Shown here piece by piece: positions 36,701-51,860 of a stretch of DNA of 64,000 nucleotides (positions are counted from its first letter, which is position 1; each line of letters starts with the position of its first letter). Position numbers and translations under genes: made by a program. Below the pieces are notes generated by a model. That model had not been told where the DNA came from. It saw only the letters and a program-made list of their open reading frames with translations, and ran no database searches. Source of the DNA: Octopus bimaculoides (Eukaryota); contig NC_068981.1 in the NCBI RefSeq assembly GCF_001194135.2, positions 166,122,073 through 166,186,072 on the forward strand. The letters run 5' to 3'.

Positions 36701-39124
36701 TGTAAACCATGTGTTTGTAAGAGTGCATATATGTATGTAGAGTTTGTTTGTGTGTGTATATACAAATGCATGCACACACACACACACACGTATATGCATA
36801 TACATACACACATACATGTTTGAAGCTAACTAGTAAAGTGGCTGATATGAGAATATGATATTCTATTTTATTTGTATCAATAAGATATATAAAACACATG
36901 CACATCTGCATGCAAACACATGCATACAAACATGTGCGGGAGGTGTATTTATGCATGTGTGTGTGTGCATGTATGTACACCTATGTATTTATGGATGGAT
37001 ACATGAATGAATGGACAAATGGATTGTTGTATATGTTTGCGTTTATAATCAGATTAAGATTTCATATACAAAACATCAGATGGCCCAAACAACACATGAG
37101 AGACAGTTCTGTAAATAATAAGCATCTGCCACAATATAGCATCATTATCTTTAGGGCTCGTGGCATAGTTTTTGTATCAAACTAAAGCTCAGGTATGAAG
37201 GAATTGTGACATAAATGAATTAATTTTTCCTTGTAAAGACTCATTCACCAACACACTGTAACCCTTGACCCATAAGCAATGTCAAAGCATCTACATGGTT
37301 ATTTAACCTGGTAGAAATATTAGCCAAGTACCCTTCAGACTATTCCTTGTGCATTAAATAATTTAGTTTGGGGTATACAATGTTTAAGAAAAGGTAGGAT
37401 GGTGATGGTATGAACAGCATTGATTATAGTTCTCCTTTGTCGAGGCTGTCCTGGGGTTAGATAATCACAACAGTCTCTGGCCTGCAGATGCACTATCTCC
37501 TCTCTGTGTCTATATTGCCACTGCTATAACAGCCTCTGCTACTCTTAATTAGCAAGCTGTATACCACTTCAACATAGATAACCACCCCATTTATCTTCCT
37601 CATATTACCAATACTGTTTCAACCTCTGCTTTCTCTCACCTTCCATATTGTATTGCATGCCCTCTCTTCCCAGATCTTGCACTAACTGCCATTCCCTAAT
37701 TTTTCATTTTATCCCCTAGGGCATCAACCCTTTGGTATTCTCTCCCTCACCCATCTTTCCTGTGGACGTCAGTTTTGAGATATTTAAATAATATCAATGT
37801 TACTATTCTCAGAGGGCATGAAAATGTCATGAGAACTGCCCACTTCTTTATGTTAGTAATTTTTTAGAAAAATGAACATTCTGAATTTAAGTCATGCTGG
37901 ACTAGCTTGACTTTTCGTTCCACCCAGATCAATAAAATAAAAAGCACTCTAGACTCATGAAGTTAAGGTACTGGACTATGAATTTATCATGACTGTATTG
38001 TTAGCAGTACTTTAAACTTCACTACACCAGAATGCCTCAAACTACTGATTTCAAATTTTAGAACAAAGCCAGCAATTTGGTGGGAGGTGGGTATGTTGAT
38101 TACATCCACCCCAGTGCTCAACTGATACTTATTTTATCTACCCTGAAAAGATGAAAGGCAAAATGAACCTCAACAGAATTTGAACTCAGAGCATGACAGA
38201 CGAAATGCTGCTATACAATTTCCTATTTGCTTCTATCTAGAAATCAAAGGAAATGACTACTATTCTCTTCAAACTTTGCTTTTGTAACCTGGGCATCAAT
38301 ATTTTGAGACTGACCTCTTTTCCATTACATTTCAGACAAATTTAGTGCTGAGCTGCTGCAGCAGAAATATCGTTATAGCAAATATTCTGCTCAATACCAC
38401 AGATTTGCTTGTCGGTTGCTTAACCTTAACTATTTGAGTAGTGGGGGAGCATCATAGCTATATGTTGAGAGGGATTCTTTGGGATTTAAATGTAACAAAA
38501 GTAGTTTGAATGAAATATAAGCCATTTTTCATATTTTCTAGGGGTAAACAAATAAGAAATAACAGTTGCTACCCGAGAACAAAAATCATGTTACACAGTG
38601 TTATAAATTGGGCCGTGTTGGTGGTGTTGTTAGCGCTGCTGCTGCTGCTGTTGTTGTGGGTGGTGGTGGTGGTGGTGGTGCTGCTGCTGGTGGTATTAGC
38701 ATCATCAGTTGTGACAGGTGTGGATGTAGTGAAGGTGGTAACTATGATTATAATGATCATGATGAATATTGTAATATGTCTTAACTCATTATCTTATCAA
38801 ATACACTTTCATAAATGAAAATTCCAAAAAAATCAAAATCAAAACAAAAAAACATTAGTGTCAAAAACAACAATAGCAAAAATAATGACAGGATTGAGCA
38901 AACTATAAACTGTTGCTCTGGGGGCTAACTATCTAATCCCTAGGTTGAAAGATTAGAAGCAACAAAGATTAACATACAAGAGATAGAAATTATAAGTACA
39001 AAATACAACACGCATCTACACACATAAGCTTCAGAGGGCAATACAATAGTATGTACCTGCTATTAAATGCAACTACCTATTTGTAAACAAGAAAACAGAA
39101 TCTCTCTCTCTCTGTCTCTCTCTG

Positions 39125-39163
<39 letters not shown>

Positions 39164-39174
39164 CTCTCTCTCTG

Positions 39175-39205
<31 letters not shown>

Positions 39206-40109
39206 TGCATGCACGCACACACACATACGCCATTCATTTGAAAATACTAGGCTAGTGATGTTAGTGAAAATAATGGTAAGTTGTTACAGCATTCCATACA
39301 TCCCACTTTATATAAGTGCTAGATTAAACAGTCTCTAAATCCCTCTATAGAGACCCCCAATGCTCTTTATATAGCATTTTTAGATACAGAATGTATACTT
39401 TAGCTTGAAAAAAAAAACTGCCTGCTCGTCTTTCAAAAAAGGACACACATACTATAAACAAGGCTATATGATTATTTGATCTGCTATAAATTGTAGCTAA
39501 ATTTCCTTCAAATAAAATACCACCATTTCAAAAAAAAAACACCATTGCGTAATAGACTTATATCCCCTTTTACCGTACTAGCATGGATTACATGAGATAT
39601 CTTAATGCAATATTCTCTAGATTATGTTCTTTAAAAAATGTTTGGTTTGCTTGATCAAGGCTAATTTGTGGCTAAACAATTAAAAATAAATGAAGCCAGT
39701 AACGTATCGCTGTCATATTTGCAACTGATTTTGTATCCACTTTTCACGGACATATCTTTTGTCATTGCTGTGGAATACCACATAGATTCAATAATAGAAT
39801 TAATCATGAAGCTTGGAAAACTGGGAACTAGTCAACAACTGAGAAATGGTGTAACAGCCTCTTTACCTTCTCTATTTCCATATGAAGACTTGCCTACAGT
39901 GCTGCAAAATATTCATTAAACATACAGTTATTGCAACACACACTTGCAACCTTTATCTAACCATGATGCAATTTTACAGCTGGGAAGACTTACTTTGCAA
40001 AATTTAAGTAATTGGGACATTGATTCATACATAAAAAAGGATTTCAAATATAAATATTTACTTACAAATATCAATGTGGTTATAGTAAATACAGAGTCTA
40101 TGCAAAAGA

Positions 40110-41260
40110 AATCAAACATTTTAGAAAGCCAATTTATTACATTATTTACAATTTAATTAGACTTGTTTTGATGAAAACAATTTCCTCTGCTGCTAGTTCA
40201 GTGCTTTCCAATGATTTTTCTAGTTTAGGAATGTGACTTGGAATGGATTTTCAAAAGTAGTTTGCAAATTTTTCTCAGTCTCTTCTGTTGTCTGAAATTG
40301 GTGACCTTTCAGGGTAGATTTTCAACTTTGGGAGAAAGAGCAGGGTAACTAGGGTGGGTGGGGTGGGGAGGAGGAATGAGTTGTTTGTGTCTTACCAAGA
40401 TGTCTCAGAGAAGAAGTGACACATGAGAAGGTGCATTGTGTTAGTATTGCATCCAAGTTTTGTTTGTCCTACCACAGGCCTCTTCCTTAGCACAACCTCT
40501 CTACAATGATTCAGGACACTCAACTAAAACTCTTTATTTATAATTTGAATGCCCGGATCAAACTTATGGTGAACAACACCCTTCCCGTCGAAAAAAGGGA
40601 GTAACATTACCTTCACATTTGAGCAACTCTGCAATGCTATTCTGGTTGCAGTAGTTATGATTCAACCCACCATCTCAACAACCATTTTGTTTTGACATAG
40701 TAACCATGCACCCAGGTTTTGTCCACCTGTTTCAACACCTTTTAGAATGATTTCATCAAACTGGTTTCATTAATTTCCGTCAAATTGAAGAATCAAACAG
40801 CACCTGACTGACTGTCACTTGGCTCTCATTTAATTCATCTGTCAACAGACATAACAAAAACTTTTGTGACAGTGTAATGCATCTTCAATTTTTCTTTTAA
40901 AATTGTGTGGCACAAACTTTTACAAAGGCTTGCTTCTTCAGAAACCTCATGGACAAACAGGTGGCAATTTTCAAAGATCACTACATGCACTTTCACATAA
41001 TCATCATCTATTGTCATGGAAGACTGACCTGATTTGAAAGCATCATTGGCAGATGTTCTATCCAATTTGAAATACTGGTACTTCTTGTGACATTGCATAT
41101 CACTCAAGCAATCCCTCCCACAGAAAATCTCCATAATAGTTGTTTACCAATTTGAGACAAAATTTTACACAAAAATGTTGTTCTTCCAAATCCTTCAATG
41201 TTCAACTTGCAAAAAATCACAAAGTGGACAAAACACATGTTCACTTTACTATGCATTAAT
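40110..41260 (-). mobile_element. Near full-length decayed mariner transposon
   Basis: Fragments in order: KDLEEQHFCVKFCLKL (41198), FKSGQSSM, HTILKEKLKMH, DKTWVHGYYVKTK, HNAPSH, KSTLKGHQFQT; multiple stops and frameshifts. Confidence 0.85.
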
Positions 41261-42564
41261 TGGTGACCAGCTGACATGGTTTAATGTAGCTGTTATTAAT
41301 TGTAATGAGAGTCAAGATCACTCATTCACTCATACAAAGCACTGCACTCAGGAGGAATCTGCACTAGCTAGTTGGTGCATTGTTTTAAAGCTTCAGTTTC
41401 CTTTTGGAGAAACCTTGTACATGCACAAACAATAAACTTTTATTTCATTACTTCTATCCATAAACAATTAAAGTTACCATCTATGATGGTGTCTCATGTT
41501 GACCCTACACATAAAGACCCCCTTCAGTCATGAATGACCATAGGATTGCACCAAGGAAGTCTCCCTCCGAGGCACAAGTCTGGGCAAGATTGTTTGTGGA
41601 AGATCAGCAATCGCCCATGAATACCAGCCTTTCCTCTCCATGCTGCCGATGTTATTGTCCAAGGTAAACATAGAGGCCAATATAGACTGGCACCAGTGAC
41701 GTCACAACTCATTTCTACAGTTGAGTGACCTGGAGCAATGTGAAATAAAGTGTCTTACTCAAGAACACAACACACGGCTCAGTCCAGGAATTGAACTCAC
41801 AACCTCACAATTGTAAGCCCAATGTTCTAACCCAGTGATTCTCAACTGGGGTCCATATGGCCCCTGAGGATCCATATGGCCCCTGAGGGTCCATATAAGA
41901 TTTTTGGGGGTCCACACAACAAAATAGTAAATTGGAGAGCCACAATAGTATTTTAAGGGCTCCTGAAAAAATTCTACCTTAGATTTATATATTGTTATGT
42001 ATTGCAAGAAACAGCTAAGCTTCTTTCTATAATATTTCACATAGTTCAACCCACACAAGTTAATGTGTGAAAAGCAAAATAGGAATTTTGAGAGAAGTTT
42101 CTATAAAATTAGATTTTAAACATCAAATGGCTATGGAGGTCCACCAGAATAAGGTAGTAATTAGATGGGTTCATAGATGCTCTCACATACAACAATGTTA
42201 AAACTGCATCACAAAAACTAGGTTTCTTCTTTAGGGGAAAAAAATACTTCAACCTGGATTGGTTTTACTCTTTACAAATTTGAATTGTATACCACATTGT
42301 AATCATCTTAAATTTCTTCATCTTCCCAATCATTGGGTTTCCACTTCAGATGCTCTGATTGCCATAAATTGCCACTGATCCTAATTCTTCATCATATACA
42401 AAAGGGTCTGCAGTGTTAAGGTCATTCCACTACCTTGGTGTTGTCTCAAAAAACTTTTCTTTGTCTATGCCTTTTCTTCATTCTCTTTCATCTGTATCCG
42501 AGAGAATGGTTATGGGCAGAAAGTTATGTCAAGATAGTCTATAAGACATTGTCACTGCTATTAA

Positions 42565-42781
42565 TCCTTTTGATACCAACCCGCCTGAAACCGCCTATGG
42601 CACTGTAGTACAAATGTCTTGTTTTCATAAGTTCTGAATCTTCCACCAAACCTTAATCACAATTTATGTTCCTAACACTAGCTTAATGATAACTGAGTTA
42701 TTTTACAAAATTCTTTGTTATATTTAAAATTTATTGAAAAAAAACACAGAGCATCTCAACAGAAATATGGTGACAAAAGGG
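42565..42781. mobile_element. piggyBac-type MITE
   Basis: TTAA-TCCTTTTGATACCA ... TGGTGACAAAAGGG-TTAA termini. Confidence 0.7.
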
Positions 42782-43854
42782 TTAAATACACAAATATCTT
42801 AGGCTGCACCCAAATGAAATCCATTCAGTTGATTGGTAGACATTCACTAACTGACAAGCTACAAATAGTGGCTAATAAATGTTGTTTTTTTCCCTACTAC
42901 TACAATGGCTTCTCTTTCTCTCAACTGAAAAACTACATATCACCTTCACTCAGGTACCTGGCACATCTGTCTCTACACTGTGTTTCCCTACTCCGGTCCT
43001 GCACTAAGTACAACTCCCAATCCTTCTATCTCAAAGTTATCCCTTTGGAATTCCCTTCCTGCCCATATTTTCCCTGTAGGTGTCAACTTCTTTATGCTCA
43101 AGTGAACAATTAACTGTATTAATCTCGCCAGTGTGTGATGAGTTATGGGCACTGCACCTTCCATGTGACTAAACCAGAAAACATAATGTTTTTGATGCTT
43201 GTCATAAGGAAAGGAAACAGAAAATTAAATGAAATACTTCATTTCTGTTTGCAATAGCACTGAAACATGGAGCCGTGACATTGCTTCCAGAATGAGACAA
43301 GTCAAGAACATGTCAGTGTGTGTGGTACAGACAGTGGTAATGGTAGTGATGGTGGTGGTGGCGGCGGCGGCGTGGTGGTGGTGGTGGTGGTGGTGGTGGT
43401 GATGGTGGTGTGTTTAGAAACCATGCTGATAGAAGTTGATATTGGATACATTAATGGTGGTAGTAAGGAGCAATGACAGTAGTGATGATTGTGGTCATGG
43501 TGGTGAGGTCGGTTGTGGTGTTAATGGCTTGTTGTAGTCATAATGATAGCCTGAAGGGTTATGATGGTAATGGTAATGTGCGGTTATGATGGCAGAAGCA
43601 GTAGTGGTGGCAGTGAGAGATCATAGTTATTGGAATGATGATGATGGTAGTGGTTACAATGGCAATATTTCTTTTTGAAAATTTTCTTCCTGTGACACTT
43701 AAAGCAATTACAAACATTTTATTTTGATAAGGTGGATGATTAATTAACTCAATGTCATTTTTTCAGTGATTCATAATTTGTTGATGAATTTAATGATGAA
43801 TGCCATAGTCACTACATTAAAGTGTGTATAATAGTACTTTAATATTAATATATA

Positions 43855-44175
43855 CAGTGGAACTTTGGTTTATGAAAATCTCTCATCATGAATAACTCTG
43901 TTTACAAATAAGCTTTTGAACATAAGACATCTTGGTTGACAAACAGTGTCTCAAGTAACAAACATGCAAACTGGCAATGACACTTGATGACAAGCTGAGA
44001 GAATCAGTTGGAGAGAGTCCGTTGTTGTCTAGTTTTTGCTCAGTGCACATCCTTGCTTGAATTCACAGTACCTTCTCTTGAATTTCATATGGGAGAAATA
44101 GTTTTGGTTTACGAACATTTCAGATGATGAACAACCTTCAGGAATGAATTAAATTCACAAATTGAAGTTCCACTG
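43855..44175. mobile_element. pogo/Tigger-like (Tc1-mariner superfamily) MITE
   Basis: TIRs CAGTGGAACTT / AAGTTCCACTG flanked by TA on both sides. Confidence 0.8.
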
Positions 44176-44619
44176 TAAATATACATATTCATCATCGTCG
44201 TCGTTATTATCATCATCATCATCATCCCACCATTTCATGTCTATCTTGTATGCTGGCATGGGTTGGATGGTTTGGCAGAATTTAATGAAATGGAGAGTCA
44301 TATCATTCTCCAATGTCTACTTTGGCATGCTTTCTATGGCTGGATTCCCCTTTTTGATGTCAACCCCTTTACAAAGCATACAGGGCACTCTTTTTGTGGC
44401 ACCAATGCTAGTGAGGTTGCCGTGTGACTCACAAGAATAAAAGGCTCCCTTGGTCACCTAGGTAACAGAAGCTATCAACTACTTGTAGTTTTTACCCTTG
44501 GAATGTGACAGAAGTTTTTCTCTGCACATTTTCAGTGTTTATTACTCCTGAGCATTTGCCACATACTAAAACTATCTTCACAGTTAGCCTTCCTTTCATA
44601 TTGCTGCAACCTCTTATGT

Positions 44620-46556
44620 GTCCATAGCTTACACTGGGTACATCATATGGAGTTTCTACATACGCGTTTTCTACAGATTGAGCAGGGCCATCTACCTGAA
44701 GGGATCTGTCGTTTGCCTGCCTTCCTACTTATTAAGACTTTGGTTTTTGCTAGGTTGACTCTAAGGCCTTCCGATTCTAATCCTTGCTTCCACACATGAA
44801 ACTTCTCTAGTCCTGATAGTGAGTCAGCAATTAGAGCAAGGTCATTAGCATAGAGGAGCTCCCAGGGGCATCCTGTCTTGAATTCCTCTGTTATTGCCTG
44901 GAGGACTATGATGAATAAGAGGGGGGCTGAGGATTGATCCATGGTGGACCCCTACCCGGAACTCTTCACTGTACTCATTGCCTCACCTTACTGACAGCAT
45001 CACTGTATATGGCTTGCACAGCTCTAACTAACCATTCATCTATCCCTAGTTTCCTCATTGACACCAGATAAGGGGGACCCTGTCAAAGGCTTTCTCCATG
45101 TCAATGAAAGCCAGGTACAGAGGTTTATCTTTGGCTAGGTATTTCTCCTGCAGCTGTCTTACTAGAAATATAGCATCAATGGTGTCTTTCCCAGGCACAA
45201 ACCCAAACTGCATCTCATCTAGACTGACTCTCTCCCTAATTAGTTGGGCTATGACTCTCCATTTCTTTCATTCCCTGATCCAACAACTTGATACCGCTGT
45301 AATTGTTTGTATCTAACATGTCACCTTTACTTTGTAGCAGTTGATTATGGTGCTGCTACACCAGTCATTGTATATGACTCCTTCATGTATTACCTGGTTG
45401 ATTATATGGGTGACTAGACTATAGCCAACACCGCCAGATATTTTAAGCAACTCTGTGGTGATTGCTGATGGGCCAGGGGCTTTCCCTGTCATCATACCCT
45501 TTATTGCTTTATCTACTTAGGTACTGTCAATTCGGATAGCTGGTCCGTCTGTTGGCTTGACATTCAGCCAACTCTCTTTCTCCCATTCATTCTCTTCATT
45601 TAGCAAACTTTCATAGTGGCGTCTCAAAGTCTCTCTCCTTGTGGCCTCGTTAAATACAAGTGAGCTGTCATCTATGCAGACACATTTCTCTCCTATGACA
45701 TCACGCTTCTCTCTCATGCACTGTCTTGCAACACGAAACACCTCAAGTCTTCGATCCTCCCGACACAGAACATTGGCAAATTTTTTCTTATCTGCTTCCC
45801 CTCTGGCTAAGTTAACCTGTCTCCTAGCTTACCTTCTGGCAGTGTGATACAATTCCCTGCTGCCACCCTTCTTCCAGTCCTTCCATGCCTGTTTCCCTAA
45901 TGGCTCTGTCAACTACATTGTTCTACCACCATGTTATCTTGGGTTGGTCGTCTTCTGGGCATCCATTTAGCCTTGATCCTGAAGTTGCTAACTACTAATC
46001 TATGTTGTGGCGTGCATTCTTCACCAGGGAAGGTTTTGGTATTTATAAGTAGCCATCTTTCCTGTTTCCTGGCAAGGATGTAGTCAATTTGACTAGTGTG
46101 TCTACCAGATTGGTAGGTGACTAGGTGACTGGCAGGTTTTCTGAAATTAGTGTTACAAACCATAAGATCATTTGCATCACAGAACTCCAGCAGCCTGGTT
46201 CCCTCCTCATTGCAGGAACCAAAACCATAGCCTCCATGTATGCCATGGAAGTCCCCTGCATGTTGTCCAACATGCCCATTGAAGTCACCAGCCACAAAAA
46301 GAAGGTCCCTGACATTTGTCGATGAGGTAGTCTGCAAGAGGGTGTCATAAAATCAGTCTTTCTGTCCATCAGGTAGCCCCGGCTGAGGTGCATAGGCCAA
46401 GATAATGGTTGCTGACCCATGATGCAGCACTAATCTAATCTTAAGTATTCTATCGCAGACTCTGACTACCTCGATTACCTTATCAACCCATTTCTCCGCA
46501 AGAAGTATACCCACATCCCCGACCCTGTCAGTGTACCCTGCCCAGAAAATCTTTAG
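44620..46556 (-). mobile_element. RTE-clade LINE fragment (AP endonuclease plus reverse transcriptase), frameshifted
   Basis: IILAYAPQ, VAGDFNGHVG, NTNFRK...SQIDYIL, MQFGFVPGKDTIDAIFLVRQLQEKY, PLLFIIVLQA, ELLYAND (YADD degenerate). Confidence 0.9.
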
Positions 46557-48176
46557 ATCATATTAATGCAATAATGTGAAGAATATATGTAACATTCAGC
46601 ATTTACCAGTTGATACTGATGCACTGAAACAATTGTAGTGATTTGTATTAAATTCTGTTCATTTCATTTTGTTGTATTAAAATTCTTTTGTATATACTCT
46701 ACAGATACTTGTGGATTTCCACATGTATATCCAGGAACCAATAGCTGAAGAGGAGCTTTGGAAAGCAAGCTATAAGGTTATTACCCACATATCAAATAAT
46801 TGTGTGTGTGTGTGTGTGTGTGTATGTGTGTGTGTGTGTGTGTGAATGTGTGTATACGAATGTGTGTGTGCATGAATGTGTGTGTGTGTGTCAATGTGTG
46901 TATATGAATGTGTGTGTGTGTGTGTGTATGCATGTGTAGTAGTGTATCATATATCCAAAATAGAAGCACACTCTAAAGCATAGAGCAGTAATGTATTTAT
47001 ATGTAGTTAAGTCTATGGATGCAAAACCATTGGTCACTCTATGGCTGGACATAAACTTAACTGCATGTACATACAAATATAAATATGTATATGTATATAT
47101 GCATATACAAACACACACACACACACACATATATATTTATATAGACACACACACACACACACACATATATATTTATATAGACACACACACACACATATAT
47201 ACAGACGTGTGTGTATGTATGTATGTATATTATAAATGACAGCTTGCTGAAAATTGGGAAAAAAATCACAAAACAGTTGACTTGCTTTTGAATATTGGGT
47301 CACTTCACTTAGTTATACACATTCTTTGCCCTTCCTTCTCATATAGACAGATGTTACTATTGAGCTGACTGCCTACTAGAAGGGGAGGAGGAGGAGGAGG
47401 AGGAGGAGGAGGAGGAGGNNNNNNNNNNGCCTACTAGAAGGGGAGGAGGAGGAGGAGGAGGAGGAGGAGGTGGGGGGGATGTAGAGATGTATGGTTGTGA
47501 TGGGGCAGAATTATGAAAGTGTAGGCAAACAAGCTATTTTTTACAGACAAAAATATACTTCCTGAAACACTTAGCTGTAAACCCAACTCACACACTACTG
47601 CTTCATTACACATGCACGCACACACACACACATAAACACACACACACACATACACACACAGACACACACACACACAAACACACACATTCAGACATCCACA
47701 GACACATGTATGAATATGTATGTATATATATTAGCACCCATGCCAGTGGAGCGCTAACAGCACTGTCCGAGCGTGATCATTGGCAGAGCAGCTGTCTGGC
47801 TTCCATGCTGGTGGCACATAAAAAACACCATTTGAGCATCATCATTACCAACATTGCCTTATTGACATTTGTGCCGAAAAAACATTCAAACGAGGTCGTT
47901 GTCAGTGCTGCTGGACTGGCTCCTGTGCAGGTGACACATAAAAGACACCATTTGAGTATGACCGTTGCCAGTACCGCCTGACTGGCCCTCGTGCCGGTGG
48001 CATGTAAAAGCACCCACTATACTCTCAGAGTGGTTGGCGTCAGGAAGGGCATCCAGCTATAGAAACTCTGCCAGATCAGATTGGAGACTGGTGCAGCCAT
48101 CTGGTTCGCCAGTCCTCAGTCAAATCGTCCAACCCATGCTAGCATGGAAAGAGGACGTTAAATGATGTTGATGATC

Positions 48177-48199
<23 letters not shown>

Positions 48200-48211
<12 letters not shown>

Positions 48212-48460
48212 AACTTACTTTTCTTACAGGCCTCTGCCACTGCCTGCAGAATCACATTCTGGTCCTGTTCTACTTTTGTCACTATCCTGGCACATATCTC
48301 TGCATCTTTGCTTGCAGTTAACCCTTGAACAAAAATTAGACATTTAAACATGTCCAGGGTTAATCCTTTCAGTTTGAATTTTTTGCATACTTGATTGACA
48401 ATTCTGGCATAGGTGATGAAATCTTCAACATCTTTTTCTACTAAATTCAAACACTCCCAG
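48200..48460 (-). mobile_element. Ty3/Gypsy gag-like fragment
   Basis: LTLDMFKCLIFVQGLTASKDAEICARIVTKVEQD resembles the K02A2.6-type Gypsy gag region (from recall). Confidence 0.6.
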
Positions 48461-49808
48461 CAAGTATTGAACAGGGAACGTCTCTCACTGAAAATTTTGT
48501 AATTTTGTAATTTTGTATTTTCCTAAGAAGATTTTAGTCCACATCCTTGTATGGAAGTTTGTGAATGAATCAACAAGTAGAAAAATCTAACAAGGGGAGG
48601 TAATTGCTCATTTTGGGTGGTGGGGATAAATAAATATAACAAAAACTCAAAAGCTGAAGTAGTGAAATGAAATATGCACAGTGATGGGTATGTGATCATG
48701 AATTAAAATATATACTGAGACCAAAGTTGGTTATGCATTCATATTTAGGCGTGTTCTGTATTTTTCGATAAATAAATTTTCTTTATCTAAATGTTTTTGT
48801 ACAAAATTGTTTCTTTGCACTGGTAGATGGGGAAAACCGTAAAGTTTGGTTGGCTATTACTTGCACATCTCTCTATGTGTTCACTCAAAAGAATCTGTCT
48901 GTATTTGGAAAATGAATCTGTTCCTTATGTAGTGTGGTTCTCTGTCTAAGTTCCAGACTTGTCTGTCCTATATAGTTATGTCCACAACGTGAACAAGTTG
49001 TAATGTAAATTAGATTCTCAGAAGCACAAATAATCAATTACCTCCACTGTCCTGAATAATAATGACCACCAATTACCTCCCCTTAGGTTTTTCTACTTGA
49101 TTCATTCACAAACTTCCTTACAAGAATATAGACAACAATCTCAAGAAAATACAAAATTACAATAATTTCAGTGTTATGGTTAGAGAAAATGAAACCGGTC
49201 AGCATACACAATATTCTGTCACTTATAAAACATATTAAAAAATATATTAAAACTATGTAAACTGTGTGCATTTTCCTTCTTTTATTTTGTGTGTGTGTGT
49301 GTGTAGTTGTACTGGATTTAGTCATGCTGGAGTATTGTAATAAAAGAGTTTTGTAATCTTGATGAGACCAGTACTTGTTTTTGCTTGCTACTGAATCTCT
49401 GATTGTTGAATCTCTAAATTAAGAGATATGAGCAACAGCATCAGTTGTTTATGTGTTTGTGGACATAAACAACAGCTCTTGGGAGCAATCATTTTTATTG
49501 TATCATCTGTTGAGGAACTGAAAGAAATGGTTTTGCCAAACCTTTCTACCTGGATCTCAGTTGGTTGCATAAAAGAGTAATATTTCCTACCACAAATAAC
49601 GCTTTCGATGTCATTGACATATAGCTTCTGCAGCAGCTGTTTAGCAGGTAGTACTGGTACAAGTATGCATGTGTGTGTGTGTATGTACATGTGTGTGTGT
49701 ATGTGAGTGTGTGTGTGTGTGCATGTGTGTGTGTTTGCATGTGTGTATTTTCATATATGTGTGTGTGTGTGTAGATGGATAAATAGATAGATAGATAGAT
49801 AGATAGAT

Positions 49809-49848
<40 letters not shown>

Positions 49849-51138
49849 GGATAGGTACAGGTGTGGATCTGTATTAAGGTTCAGTCCCATTGCGTGGCAC
49901 CTTGGACAAGTGTCTTCTATAGCACCAAGCTATACAGACACAAACATGCAAATACATATATGCACATGTGTGTATGCATGTATGTATGTATGCATGTATG
50001 TATGTATGTATGTATGTATGTATGTATGTATGTGTATGCTCAGTCTTGACATCATTGTAGGATAGTTGTGAATAAGCATCACTGTTTTACAAGCAGTATC
50101 ATTCATTGCAGTTACTCAGCAAGAACATGTCTGGCAATAGGGAAATATTGTTGTTGATTGTTATCATGAAAAGAAGGACTAAAATATTTTGTAAAAGAAT
50201 AAGATATGTGTTTTTTTGAGATACAAAAAATAACTAATCTTAATAATGCTCAGCAGAATTATATTGGGTCAGAGAATACATAGAGGTGAACAGTTAAGAC
50301 ATGTTTTTAGTAAATGAAAGTCTACAGCATGTGTTTTTATATGTGCATATTATTACAATGTTTAAGTTCAAAAGTTAGTATGTGTCAAAATATATGTTTC
50401 CCATGTGACCAGTCATCTGTGTGTATGTGTGCATGCCGATTAGATTTAAATGCTTGTTAACAGGAATTATCATGAAGTGTGTGCACGTGTGTGTGTGTGT
50501 GTGTGTGTGTATGTATGCATGAGTCTGCGCATGCATGTTAATGTGTGAGTGTGAATGTGTATGTCTGTGTGAGAGAGAGAGAGAGAGTGTGTGTGTGTGT
50601 GTGTGGGTGTGTGTAAACATACTAGACAGTAGTCTTTGTGTCAAAATTTGCTGCTGAGGTCAAGGTTACAATTTTTTGGGAATTTCCAGTGTGAAATCTG
50701 AAGTGTTTCCTGGTGACAAGGGGTCTGCTGAAGCCTTACAGTGTTGATGGGTTGAGTCTATGTTAACAAAATAAAAAAAAAACAACAACAAAATACAATT
50801 CTGCTTCCATGTAAGAAAAAGAAAACATCGACATCTAAAGTCTATAACTCACAGTCAAAAATAGTCAGTTTACCAAGTTTAGGTTTCAAATTTTCTCTGG
50901 ACTTCCTGTTATACATATATGCATACATACACGAATATCTCTTGTCTCTTTTACTTGTTAGAGTCATTAGACTGTGACCATGCTGGGGCTTTGAAGAATT
51001 TTTGGTTGAATCAATACCAGTGATTTTTATATTTTTAAGCCTGGTATTTATTTTATCAGTGTCTTTTGTCAAACTGCTTAGTTACAGGGACATAAACACA
51101 CCAACACTAGCTGAGCCACAAGCAGAGCCACAAAGACA

Positions 51139-51176
<38 letters not shown>

Positions 51177-51499
51177 TATAGATACAATAGGCTTCTTTCA
51201 TTTTTGTCTACCAAATCCATTCACAAGGCTTTGGTCAGCCTGAGACTATAGTAAAAGACACTTACCCAAGGTGCCATGCAGTGGGACTGATCCCAGAACC
51301 ATGTCATTGGGAAACAAGCTTCTTATCACACAGCCATGCTTGTGCCTATATATGCAAATAAATTCACTATATTTTTGATTACATCTTTTGAAAATATGTT
51401 AATAGTCTGTACTTTGTCAACTGAAAATTCACTGGAAATTGTTGCATCCAGGTAATTCAGCTGATAATTCAAATTGAGCTTTGCGAAAATGTTCAAATA

Positions 51500-51860
51500 G
51501 AGAAATGAACATCTGAACGTTCTAAGGATTTTTCCAGCCTGCCTTTTATTGCCAACTTAGTAATATGCAGCTGGAAAGATGCATCATTGCTCATGTAAAT
51601 ACCCAGGTTCTGCCCTGATTTTGATTTGGGGATTGCAGTCCCTCCTGGGCCAGTGTATCTTGTCTGTTTTTTTATCCAGCTTTCTGTTTGGTAGTACAAG
51701 GCATTAAATAGCATTCTATTTTCCTCAGCCCAGCTATATATTGCATCCAACTCCTGTTGTGGACACACAACAACTCTAAGGTTCTGTCTCCTCTGAGAGA
51801 CTTCTGTATCATCTCATAGCTAGCAAAGATGGCTATCTGAGCAGCTCAGAGCATGTTTAA
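51500..51860 (-). mobile_element. CR1/L2-like LINE reverse transcriptase C-terminal fragment
   Basis: QQELDAIYSWAEENRMLFNA...SGQNLGIYMSNDASFQLHI is typical of the post-YADD RT region. Confidence 0.6.

Noticed and set aside
47371-47470. Direct duplication GCCTACTAGAAGGGG(AGG)n on either side of a 10-N gap
   Set aside because: Most likely unmerged overlapping contig ends at a microsatellite (assembly artefact).
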